Assembly (NCBI RefSeq): GCF_027923555.1
Contig: NZ_AP025523.1
Span: forward strand, 1,716,484-1,740,483
Direction of reading: 5' to 3'
DNA length: 24,000 nucleotides
From: Vulcanimicrobium alpinum
GTDB taxonomy: Bacteria > Vulcanimicrobiota > Vulcanimicrobiia > Vulcanimicrobiales > Vulcanimicrobiaceae
Positions within the stretch are counted from its first letter, which is position 1; every line of letters starts with the position of its first letter. Of the stretch, positions 14,914-22,849 are shown piece by piece. Under the pieces are notes generated by a model. It was not told where the DNA came from. It worked only from the letters and a program-made list of their open reading frames with translations, and searched no databases. A program made the position numbers and the translations under genes.

Positions 14914-16260
14914 GAGCGCGGCGAGTCGGGTGCGGGCGTCGTCGGCGTAGGCGGGGTGGAACGACGGGTTCAGCGCGAGCGCGCGCTGGAGTCGTGCGGC
15001 CGCCGTCGCACGGTCGCCGAAGTGCAGGGCGATGATTCCGGCGTGATAGTCGAGCAGCGCGTTCTCCGTCCGCAGACGTAACGCGCGTACGCTGCGCGCG
15101 CGCGCCTCGTCCCATTTGCCGTCCATCGCCGCCGCCCAGGCGAGTGTGTCGTCGGTGAAGATGTCGTCGCGAACGGCAAGGTCGGCGCGTGCGATTCGGT
15201 ATGCGTCGTCTGGGCGCTCGCGATGTTCCGCGTAGTAGATCGCCAGTAGACGGTCGGAGACGTGTTGGGCGTTCCCGATGCGCTCGACGGTACGGATCAG
15301 ATCGTCGGTTCGCTCTGCGGCCGCGGCGTCGCCGAGCGCGCGCTGCGCGTCCACCTCGTACCCTAGCACCTCGGGATACGGCACGACGGCCGCCGAGGCG
15401 TTGGCCGCGTCGAGGCACGCTTGCCAACGGTGCAGCGCACAGGTGACGCGCGCGAGCATCCGGTTGGCTTCGGAGTAGTCCGGAAAGATCGCGAGCGCAC
15501 GCTGTTCGTCCGCGACCGCCGCGTCGTTCTCGCCCGCTTCGAACGCCAGCTCCCCGCCGCGGAACCAGAACCAGGCGCGCTGCTGCGCAGGCTCGTCGTA
15601 GCGCGCGTCGACCGCGGCGGCCGTGCGCGCGAAACGTTCGCGCGCCCGTGCGAGGTGCCCGGTGAGCTCGTCGTAGCGTGCGAACAGCGTATCAAGGGCG
15701 ACGCGGACGTCATCCCCGCCGCGCCTTCCGTCGAGTCGGCGGAGCTGCGCGACGAGGCGCGCAGCATCGTCGTAGCGGCCGAGTTCGAGATCGATCGACG
15801 CCTCGCGGATCGCCATCGCGGGATCGCCGGGCTGCAGCCGCCCCAGGTGTTTGGTCACCGCGAGCGCGTCGCGGAACCGGTGCAGCGCGACGTATGCGGA
15901 CGCGAGCGCAACCTCCGCGTTCACGTTGCCGTAAGGCTGCGCACGCAGCGAACGCTGCGCGGCGTGCACGGCGCGGACGACGTCATCGATGTCTGCGCGC
16001 TCGCGATAGCGCTGCAGGTACTGTCCCGACAACTGCACGGGGCTGAGCATATCGCCCCGCAGGTGCTGGTCGGCAGCGCGCTCCCAGAACGCGATCGTCC
16101 GGTCGCGATCGCGGTAGTCGGCCGTCACCGGTGCGGGTCGCGGAAGCGCAGCGGCGCGCGCCGCGTTTTGGCGTGCATTGATGTACCACGGCCACGCGGC
16201 GACCGCTCCCAGAGCGATCGCCGCGATGGACCACATGAGCGCCGTCGAGTAACGGTTCAT
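14905..16260 (-). CDS. Membrane-anchored tetratricopeptide-repeat (TPR) protein
   Basis: 451 aa. An N-terminal hydrophobic anchor (ALMWSIAAIALGAVAAWPWYI) is followed by repeated ~34-aa helical units rich in A/L/Y/R (e.g. ALASAYVALHRFRDALAVTKHLGRLQPGDP, RALAIFPDYSEANRMLARV, ARLQRALALNPSFHPAY). It is the last gene of the DUF4331-like train. Confidence 0.65.
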   Translation of the reverse strand: MNRYSTALMWSIAAIALGAVAAWPWYINARQNAARAAALPRPAPVTADYRDRDRTIAFWERAADQHLRGDMLSPVQLSGQYLQRYRERADIDDVVRAVHAAQRSLRAQPYGNVNAEVALASAYVALHRFRDALAVTKHLGRLQPGDPAMAIREASIDLELGRYDDAARLVAQLRRLDGRRGGDDVRVALDTLFARYDELTGHLARARERFARTAAAVDARYDEPAQQRAWFWFRGGELAFEAGENDAAVADEQRALAIFPDYSEANRMLARVTCALHRWQACLDAANASAAVVPYPEVLGYEVDAQRALGDAAAAERTDDLIRTVERIGNAQHVSDRLLAIYYAEHRERPDDAYRIARADLAVRDDIFTDDTLAWAAAMDGKWDEARARSVRALRLRTENALLDYHAGIIALHFGDRATAAARLQRALALNPSFHPAYADDARTRLAALSP

Positions 16261-16280
16261 GCCGTGGTGCCTACCGCCCG

Positions 16281-16922
16281 TCAGTGCGGCGGGGAGAGGT
16301 ACGGGAAGGACGAGATCTTCGCCTGGCTCGGATTCTGACTAACGTTTTCCGCGCTCAGGCAGTTGTTCTCTTCGCCGTCGTCGGGTACGACCTTCAGCGC
16401 GCTCAGCGTCTTGCCGAACAGCGCGCCCAGCGAGATGTTCACGACGTCGTCGCCGATATCGCGGCCGCCGAACTTGCCGCCGGTCGCGCCGCCGGTCTCA
16501 ACGCCGAGATACGACGCGCTGTCGGTGGACGAGAGGTCGACGGTGTACTCGTTGGGATAGAGAATCGACGCCAGCGTCTTGCCGTAGTCGGTACCGAGTG
16601 CCGCATTCGGGGGACGCACGGTGTCTTCGAACTTGACGATCGCGTTGGGCAGCGGATCGGCCGCCGCGCCGGCGTACGGTTCGACGGCGTTCGTCGTCTT
16701 GTGGTCGACGAAGTTCTCGAAGACCTCTTTGATCGCCGGACGCGCGAGGAGTTCTATCTGCACGTACGACTGGGTCGATACGGTCGGGTTCGACGGGAGC
16801 GGCGACGCGAACGGGTTCGGTCCGGTGTTGAACGGCGGCGGCGTAACCGAACCGCCGTTGCACGCGGCGAGCGCGACGCAGAGGCTGCCCGCAGCGGCGA
16901 GTGTGGCGATGGACTTCTTCAT
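16281..16922 (-). CDS. Lipoprotein resembling the C-terminal half of DUF4331 proteins
   Basis: The lipobox is MKKSIATLAAAGSLCVALAAC|NGG. GGRDIGDDVVNISLGALFG and the C-terminal FPYLSPPH match what I recall as the conserved C-terminal motifs of DUF4331 (GGR-x-x-DDVVD..., FPYL-x-x-P). AGAGG lies 10 nt upstream of the ATG. Confidence 0.55.
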   Translation of the reverse strand: MKKSIATLAAAGSLCVALAACNGGSVTPPPFNTGPNPFASPLPSNPTVSTQSYVQIELLARPAIKEVFENFVDHKTTNAVEPYAGAAADPLPNAIVKFEDTVRPPNAALGTDYGKTLASILYPNEYTVDLSSTDSASYLGVETGGATGGKFGGRDIGDDVVNISLGALFGKTLSALKVVPDDGEENNCLSAENVSQNPSQAKISSFPYLSPPH

Positions 16923-16935
16923 CTGCTGTCGACCT

Positions 16936-17829
16936 CTATGATCCGGTCGACGAGTTCGTCGTCGCCCACACGTGGATGGTGGAACTGGAATATCCCGTCG
17001 TCAGCAGTGAACGCGGCACTTCGACCACGAACGCCAGGACGTTGAAGCCGCCGCCGAGATCCGTCAGCGTGTTCTGCGGTGCGTTCGTGCTGCAGGCGTA
17101 GTTGCCCAGCGCCGAACCGGCGCCCGCGGTCGTCCCCGCTTTGAAGCCGTTGAACGTCGGCTGCGCCGGGTTCGCGGACTTATCGTACGCCGGAGCAAAC
17201 GCGGCCGCGGCGCCGGCGTTGTCGCCGTTGAAAAGCGGTCCGCTCGCCGCCGGACCGGGATCGGTCTGCGAGGAGTGCGTGGCGTAGTTGCGGTCACCGA
17301 GGAACGAGAACAGGGCGAAGAGGTCGAGGTAGAACGGATCGGCGCGCGGACCGGCAAAGACCTTGATGCCGTTCGCGAGTTGCGTCGCCGTGTTGTAGTT
17401 GAACGTGCCGCCCGGGGTAACGAATGTGTTCGCTGTCCCCACTTCATTGGGCTTCGCCGGACCGTACAGCGTCAGCGTCTGCGAGGCGCCGGTCCCGTTC
17501 GCGCCGAACTGGATCACTTGATCTTCCGGCGACGCGCCGGTGCCGTGCGCGATCTTGAACTGCCACATCAGCGTGGGATCGAAGAATTTCGACGTCCCCA
17601 TCCCGGCGGGGATGAGCGGCGAAACGTCCATGACGAACACGACGTTGTTCGCGTTGGTCGGGGATGGAAACACGAAGACGTCGGTGATGTCGGCCGACGT
17701 ATTCGAACGGGTCGCGAGGTTGTAGGTGTCTTGGTGGTCGGAGCTCCGCACCGGGTGCGCGGTGTAGAGCACGGCGGCCGCGGCGACGGCCAGAACCGTC
17801 AACGAACCAAGAATCCGCCGGTTGATCAT
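16936..17829 (-). CDS. Secreted DUF4331-like protein (N-terminal/core half)
   Basis: I trimmed the ORF to the ATG at 17829, which has GAGAGGAA upstream. The signal peptide is MINRRILGSLTVLAVAAAAVLYTAHPVRS. It is followed by SDHQDT...ADITDVFVFPSP...VFAGPRADPFYLDL...GFNVLAFVVEVP. These match the SDH-x-D, D-x-TD-V-Y/F-x-F, AGPRDDPFF and NVLAIVLEVP-type motifs I associate with DUF4331. Confidence 0.6.
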   Translation of the reverse strand: MINRRILGSLTVLAVAAAAVLYTAHPVRSSDHQDTYNLATRSNTSADITDVFVFPSPTNANNVVFVMDVSPLIPAGMGTSKFFDPTLMWQFKIAHGTGASPEDQVIQFGANGTGASQTLTLYGPAKPNEVGTANTFVTPGGTFNYNTATQLANGIKVFAGPRADPFYLDLFALFSFLGDRNYATHSSQTDPGPAASGPLFNGDNAGAAAAFAPAYDKSANPAQPTFNGFKAGTTAGAGSALGNYACSTNAPQNTLTDLGGGFNVLAFVVEVPRSLLTTGYSSSTIHVWATTNSSTGS

Positions 17830-17938
17830 GCGGTGGTTCCTCTCGGGGCGATCAGGATGCAAATGAGACGTGATTCCCACGTAGTCTACATTAAAGACGA
17901 GTGTGAACTGAGGCCGGATTGCCCAGGATAGGGGTAAA

Positions 17939-18748
17939 TCACACCTTTTCCGCCGCCATCTGCTCGCTCAGCGGCTCCGCGACGCGTCGCGTCCCGACGA
18001 AAACGACGGCAAATACCGCGAGCAAGACCGCCACGAGTACCAGACTTACGACCAGATCGGAAACGGGGGAGCGCCAGCCGAGCTGTTGGGCGAGTTCGTA
18101 GGCGGCGACCGCGATCGCCAGTCCCGTGACCGAACCGATCCAGACGCGCATCACCGCGGGCAAACGGGCCGAACGGTGGGAAACCAAGCGATGGACGAGC
18201 ACGGAGTCGAGCGTGTCGGTGCAGATCATCCCGGCGGAGAACATCGCCCCGACCAGAAGCGCCCCGCCGATACCTGCGGTGCCGAAGACGAGAACGTATG
18301 CGGCGATCTGGCTGGAGGTCTCGAACCCGAACCCGAAAAGGAGTCCGATTGGCAACGCCAGCAACGCGCTCGAGCCCTCGCGCAGCCGCTTCGGCAAGAG
18401 GCGCGTTTTCGCGCCCGCTATGCGTTCGCCGCCGCGCACGAGCGTACGCACGTTCAGCGCGGCAATTGCAAGCAGGACGCCGATCGACACCCAGGTGCCG
18501 ATCGTTTCGATCAACGCTCCATGGGCGGCGAACCGCGCGCCGAGCAAACCGACAAGCACCGAGATCGAGAGGACCATGACGGAGTGTCCGCCCGCGAAGA
18601 GCGTGCCGACGAAGCGGCTTAAAAGCGGCGTCTTCACGTACGCGTTCCGCGTCACGTTGTCGATCGCCGCGATGTGATCGGGATCGGCGCCGTGGCGAAG
18701 CCCGAGCACGAACACCGTGAAAGCGCTGACTCCAAGCGCTCCGATCAT
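17939..18748 (-). CDS. Short (269 aa) HoxN/HupN/NixA-signature (NiCoT-like) nickel/cobalt permease
   Basis: I trimmed the ORF to the ATG at 18748; the upstream part of the track ORF is Arg-rich and overlaps the preceding gene. LRHGADPDHIAAIDNVTR matches the NiCoT TM-II signature H-A-x-D-A-D-H-I-x-A-I-D-N. FAGGHSVMVL matches G-H-S-x-V-V, and FGFGFETSSQIA matches L-G-F-D-T-A-T-E. About seven hydrophobic segments are visible by eye. The ATG overlaps the upstream stop (ATGA). Confidence 0.75.
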   Translation of the reverse strand: MIGALGVSAFTVFVLGLRHGADPDHIAAIDNVTRNAYVKTPLLSRFVGTLFAGGHSVMVLSISVLVGLLGARFAAHGALIETIGTWVSIGVLLAIAALNVRTLVRGGERIAGAKTRLLPKRLREGSSALLALPIGLLFGFGFETSSQIAAYVLVFGTAGIGGALLVGAMFSAGMICTDTLDSVLVHRLVSHRSARLPAVMRVWIGSVTGLAIAVAAYELAQQLGWRSPVSDLVVSLVLVAVLLAVFAVVFVGTRRVAEPLSEQMAAEKV

Positions 18749-20322
18749 GCCGATGCCTGCGCGGCAACCGGATGACGATGCCACGCGAAGCCGTAACCGA
18801 CGGCGGCGGCGAGAACCAATGCCGCGATCGCCGGAACCGGAGCGCCTACTTGCGGTCCGAGTCCCTGACCGATCATGACCGCGCCGACGGCAGCGATCAC
18901 GAACGCCGTCACCAGCGGCGCGAAGCGCGCCACCGCATCGAAGCGCGGACGACTCACGAGCCACGCGGCGCTTCGCACGACCGCGATCCCCAGCACGGTG
19001 AGCACGGCAGCGAGTCCGATGCTGAACGCGACGATCAGCGCGAGACCGTAGGCGACCTGATGCAGTGAAATTGCGGCCAGCAGCACGACCAGCGCTGCCG
19101 GGCACGGTGCGACATTTCCGCTTGCTGCCGCGATCGCTGCACTCCGGAACGTCAGCGGAGCCGTGCCGGGGATCGCGTGCGCGCGCGCGTGCGCGAGTTC
19201 GTCGAGATCCTCGTGACGGTGCGCCGGATCGCCGTGATGGTGGTGATCCGCATCTGGCGCATGCACATGTTCGTGCGCGTGAGGATGCGCGTGCGGGTGC
19301 GCGTGCGGATGTTCGTGAGCAAACGGCAAGCGCCGGCGGATCTCGCGCGCGAGCGCCCGCGCGCCAAGGACGGCGATGAAAACTCCTGAACCCAGTGTGA
19401 TCCACGAGTAGATTTGCTCGGGCACGATCCACTGCGTCGCGAAGAGCACCAGCACACCGAGCGCGAGCACGCCGGCCGTATGCGCGGCGGTGAGCGCCGT
19501 CGCGAGCACGAACGCCTGTCGGGCCGTCGCCCGCGCACCGACGAGGGAGACGGCCAGCAGCGTTTTCCCGTGGCCCGGCTCGAGCGCATGCAGGGCACCC
19601 AAAGCGATCGCCAAGAGCAAGGCGCCCACAACCACGAACGGATCTCCCGCACCCCGTGCGAGGACGTCGGACAGCGCGTTCGAGCGGGCCAGCGGCGCCG
19701 TGGACGTCGGCGTCGCGTCATCCTGACGACCGGAGATCGCGGCGAGCGTTCCGTCGGCGGCCAGGGTCGCGGTCACCGCGATCTCGGCGCGCGGAGAACC
19801 TAAGAGCGCGCTCGGATAGGAACGGAGTTCTCCGGTCGGTTCCTGCGCATCGCCGAGCACGACGTCACGCCATCCCAGCCGCCCTTCTTCCGTCGCGTCG
19901 CGGAACGTCAGCCGATGCGAACCCGCCGCCACCGCACCGTGGTACGACATCGTGGAATACAGCGTCGGCAATCCGCCTGCGCCCGCTCGCTGTTCGACCG
20001 TCACGCGCTCGGGGCGGAGCGCGACGGGGCGTCCGTCGGCTTCAAGCCTGAGGTCCGGGACGATCGCGGCGGCGTGCCGCTCGGCCCACAACTGGAGGGC
20101 CGCGTGTGTGGGCGCCCCGTGCTGATCGAGCAAGCGGTCGAGCGCGAACGTCGGGATCTCGGCTTCGTCGAGGACGTACTTCACGGTGACGGCGCCGGCT
20201 TTCGCCGTGATGCGCGTAAGATGGTTGACGGTGAAATTCCCCAGCGGGTGTGCCGACGCCGCGCCCGCACAAACGAACACGGCAGCGACGGCGATCGCGG
20301 CGACGCGAAGGAAACGACGCAT
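18745..20322 (-). CDS. Fusion of a ~200-aa periplasmic domain to a NicO/RcnA-like nickel/cobalt permease with a histidine-rich cytoplasmic loop
   Basis: I trimmed the ORF to the ATG at 20322, which has GAGGA 5 nt upstream. The signal peptide is MRRFLRVAAIAVAAVFVCAGAASA|HPLGNFTVNH. After the periplasmic domain comes the NicO signature LHALEPGHGKT, then TM segments. The loop (residues 335-382, nt 19177-19320) is HEHPHAHPHAHPHAHEHVHAPDADHHHHGDPAHRHEDLDELAHARAH, with 18 His. Confidence 0.75.
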   Translation of the reverse strand: MRRFLRVAAIAVAAVFVCAGAASAHPLGNFTVNHLTRITAKAGAVTVKYVLDEAEIPTFALDRLLDQHGAPTHAALQLWAERHAAAIVPDLRLEADGRPVALRPERVTVEQRAGAGGLPTLYSTMSYHGAVAAGSHRLTFRDATEEGRLGWRDVVLGDAQEPTGELRSYPSALLGSPRAEIAVTATLAADGTLAAISGRQDDATPTSTAPLARSNALSDVLARGAGDPFVVVGALLLAIALGALHALEPGHGKTLLAVSLVGARATARQAFVLATALTAAHTAGVLALGVLVLFATQWIVPEQIYSWITLGSGVFIAVLGARALAREIRRRLPFAHEHPHAHPHAHPHAHEHVHAPDADHHHHGDPAHRHEDLDELAHARAHAIPGTAPLTFRSAAIAAASGNVAPCPAALVVLLAAISLHQVAYGLALIVAFSIGLAAVLTVLGIAVVRSAAWLVSRPRFDAVARFAPLVTAFVIAAVGAVMIGQGLGPQVGAPVPAIAALVLAAAVGYGFAWHRHPVAAQASA

Positions 20323-20369
20323 GCTGATCCTCACGACGAACTGCGCTCTACCCCTTTCAACGGTCGTTC

Positions 20370-22610
20370 TCACGTGCCGGATTGAGCCGCGTGCGCGAGC
20401 GCGGCCTGGCCCAGCGCGAGGCCGCCGTCGTTCGGCGGCACGTCGCGGTTGAGCCACAGGCGATCGCCGAATGCCTCGACGAGCGCGCTGGTGAGGAGCG
20501 CGTTCTGAAAGACGCCGCCGGATGCCACCACCCGCCGGGCGTCGAGCGCCTCCGCGAGATCGACCACGGCGGCCGCGACCGCGCCGTGAAACGCGCGCGC
20601 GATCGCGCCGGGGTCGCGGCCCGCGAGCCGGTCAGCGACGATCGCGCGCAGGACCGGCTCCCCGTCGAAGGTTCCTCCTCGCAGCGCGAACGCATAGGCG
20701 GGGACGGCCGGGCTGCGGCGCGCGAGGTGCTCCAGCCACATCGCCGCCTGACCTTCGAACGTCTGCTCGCGAGTGAAGCCGCACAGCGCCGCGACCGCGT
20801 CGAACAGCCGTCCGATCGAACTCGTCGAGTACGCGCGCAGGCCGCTTCGCGCGACGGCCCGCGCCTGAGCGAAGCGAGGCGGAAAGGCGAACGGCGCCTG
20901 GTCGAACGCGATGTCGTCTGCGATTCCGGCGAGCGCGCCGGCCGCCGCCTGCACCGGATAACGCGCCGCGGCGTCGCCGCCCGGCAGCGTCATCGCGCGC
21001 AGATGCGTGACGCGGGCGAGCCCGCTGCGCAGTGAGCCCGCGAAGACCTCGCCGCCCCAGATCGTCCCGTCGTCGCCGTAACCGGTGCCGTCAAAGGCGA
21101 AGCCGACGACGTCCTCGTCCCACGCTGCGCGCTCCGCGAGGACGCTGGCGATGTGCGCGCGATGATGCTGAATCGCCACCGCTCTCCCGCCGAGTGCGCG
21201 CGCGTACTCGGCCGCGTAGTACTCGGGATGCAGATCGTGTGCGACCGTCAGCCCGCTCCGTTCGACGCCGTACATCGCGCACAGATCGTCGATCGTCGCG
21301 GCAAATGCGGCGCGGGTCGGCGCGTGGTCGAGATCGCCGATGTGCTGGCTCACGAAGGCTTGTCCGCCGACAATCAGCGCGATCGCGTTCTTGAGATCGC
21401 CGCCGACGGCGAGGATCGGCGTCGCGTCCGGAAACGTCGCCACCGCGCGCGGTGCGTACCCGCGCGCACGGCGCAGGACGACCGGGCCCGCCGCACCGGC
21501 GCGCACGATCGAGTCGTCGATCCGGCGCGCGATCGGCCGCTCGCCGATCAGGAACGCATCGGCGATTCCAGCCAGTGCCGTGCGCGCGTCGGCGTTGCGG
21601 TACGCGATCGGCTCGCTCGAGCGGTTCGCACTCGTCATCACGAGGGCGCGCGGCGCGCCGGCCGCGAAGAGCAGATGGTGCAGCGGCGCGTACGGCAGCA
21701 TCACGCCGAGCTCGTCGTTGTCGGGTGCGACGCCGGCGAGCCGTTCGCGCATCGGCGCCAGCACGATCGGCCGTTCGATCGCGCGCAGCAGCGTTTCGGC
21801 GCTGGCGTCGAGGATCACGAGCTCGCGCGCCGCATCGAGATCGCGCGCCATGATGGCAAACGGCCGCTCCTTGCGGAACTTCCGCTCGCGCAGCGCGCAC
21901 ACCGCTCCCGCGTCGCGCGCGTCGCAGCCCAAGTGATAGCCTCCGATCCCCTTCACGGCGACGATCGCTCCGTCGCGCAACAACGCCGCGGCGGCGTCGA
22001 CCGGATCGTCGGCGGCGACGCGTCCGTCGGCGAGTTCGAGGCGATACCGCGGCCCGCAGGCGGTGCACGCCGTCGGCTGAGCATGGAAGCGGCGGTCGCC
22101 GGGATCGTCGTATTCGCGCCGGCACGCCTCGCACATCGGCCAGCTTCGCATCGTCGTGCGCGGGCGGTCGTACGGCAGCGAGAGCACGATGCTGTAGCGC
22201 GGTCCGCAGTCCGTGCAATTGACGTACGGATACCCGTGGCGGCGGTCGGCGGGATCGGCGAGATCGCGCAGGCACGCTGCGCAGATCGGCAGATCGGGCG
22301 AGACGCGCGCCGTCGGCCGCGCACGCATCGCGCTCGCGCGGATCTCGAACGTCGCCAGCCCTTGCGGCGCCGCGGCACTGCTCGCGAACGAGACGATCCG
22401 CGCTGCCGGCGGCGGCGCCGCCTGCAGCGCAGCCAGAAACGCGTCGAGTAGGTCAGGCGGTCCTTCCGCGCGCAAGCGCACGCCGCCGTCGTCGTTGAGC
22501 ACCCAGCCGGCGATACCGTGCGCCTGCGCGGCGCGAAACACGAACGGCCGGAAACCGACGCCCTGGACGACTCCGGTGATGCACACGTCGACGGCGCTGC
22601 GCGCGGCCAA
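20370..22610 (-). CDS. hypF: [NiFe]-hydrogenase maturation carbamoyltransferase HypF
   Basis: All HypF modules are present. The acylphosphatase domain reads ITGVVQGVGFRPFVFRAA. The two zinc-finger pairs read CAACLRDLADPADRRHGYPYVNCTDCGPRYS and CEACRREYDDPGDRRFHAQPTACTACGPRY. A YrdC-like domain (AVKGIGGYHLGCDA) and a Kae1/peptidase-M22-like C-terminus follow. I trimmed the Arg-rich N-terminal extension to the TTG at 22610, 5 nt after the upstream stop, giving 746 aa. Confidence 0.92.
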   Translation of the reverse strand: MAARSAVDVCITGVVQGVGFRPFVFRAAQAHGIAGWVLNDDGGVRLRAEGPPDLLDAFLAALQAAPPPAARIVSFASSAAAPQGLATFEIRASAMRARPTARVSPDLPICAACLRDLADPADRRHGYPYVNCTDCGPRYSIVLSLPYDRPRTTMRSWPMCEACRREYDDPGDRRFHAQPTACTACGPRYRLELADGRVAADDPVDAAAALLRDGAIVAVKGIGGYHLGCDARDAGAVCALRERKFRKERPFAIMARDLDAARELVILDASAETLLRAIERPIVLAPMRERLAGVAPDNDELGVMLPYAPLHHLLFAAGAPRALVMTSANRSSEPIAYRNADARTALAGIADAFLIGERPIARRIDDSIVRAGAAGPVVLRRARGYAPRAVATFPDATPILAVGGDLKNAIALIVGGQAFVSQHIGDLDHAPTRAAFAATIDDLCAMYGVERSGLTVAHDLHPEYYAAEYARALGGRAVAIQHHRAHIASVLAERAAWDEDVVGFAFDGTGYGDDGTIWGGEVFAGSLRSGLARVTHLRAMTLPGGDAAARYPVQAAAGALAGIADDIAFDQAPFAFPPRFAQARAVARSGLRAYSTSSIGRLFDAVAALCGFTREQTFEGQAAMWLEHLARRSPAVPAYAFALRGGTFDGEPVLRAIVADRLAGRDPGAIARAFHGAVAAAVVDLAEALDARRVVASGGVFQNALLTSALVEAFGDRLWLNRDVPPNDGGLALGQAALAHAAQSGT

Positions 22611-22615
22611 TGCGA

Positions 22616-22849
22616 TTACCCCGGTCCGAGCGCGCAGCCGCGCCCGTGCCGGCCGATCTGCGCGACCTGCCCGTCCTCGACTAGGACCGGCACGAGCGCG
22701 TTGGGTCCGACCAGGGCGTGCAGGCGCGCGCGGGCCTGGGGATCGCGCTCGACGTCGTGCTCGATGACATCGCGGCCGTCGAACGCAAGGTCCTCGCGCA
22801 GATCCGCGCAATGCGGACACCCGCGCATCACGTAGAGTTCAAGCGCCAT
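22616..22849 (-). CDS. Small glutaredoxin/NrdH-like thioredoxin-fold protein (CPHC active site)
   Basis: 77 aa: MALELYVMRGCPHCADLREDL...ALVPVLVEDGQVAQIG. This shows a beta1 strand, CPxC, and the cis-Pro (VPV) region of the Grx fold. An extra Cys sits near the C-terminus (GRGCALGPG). The start overlaps the SIS gene end by 11 nt, and the stop is 5 nt before hypF. Confidence 0.7.
   Translation of the reverse strand: MALELYVMRGCPHCADLREDLAFDGRDVIEHDVERDPQARARLHALVGPNALVPVLVEDGQVAQIGRHGRGCALGPG

Noticed and set aside
17830-17938. A NiCo-type riboswitch or NikR box in the AT-richer gap upstream of the DUF4331-like gene.
   Set aside because: I could find only a short ACGTG-N5-CACGT inverted repeat and no convincing conserved riboswitch-like helices by eye. 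The region is also too short and unstructured to call a riboswitch without a covariance-model search (e.g. Rfam czcD/NiCo).
18749-19432. N-terminal extensions of track ORFs: 17939-19432, 18745-20457, 20370-22820, 3733-4806, 9861-10277 and 16936-17880.
   Set aside because: The extensions are Arg-rich, lack features, overlap the preceding real gene, and precede internal starts that have SD sequences or stop/start coupling. I trimmed them to 18748, 20322, 22610, 4521, 10169 and 17829 respectively.
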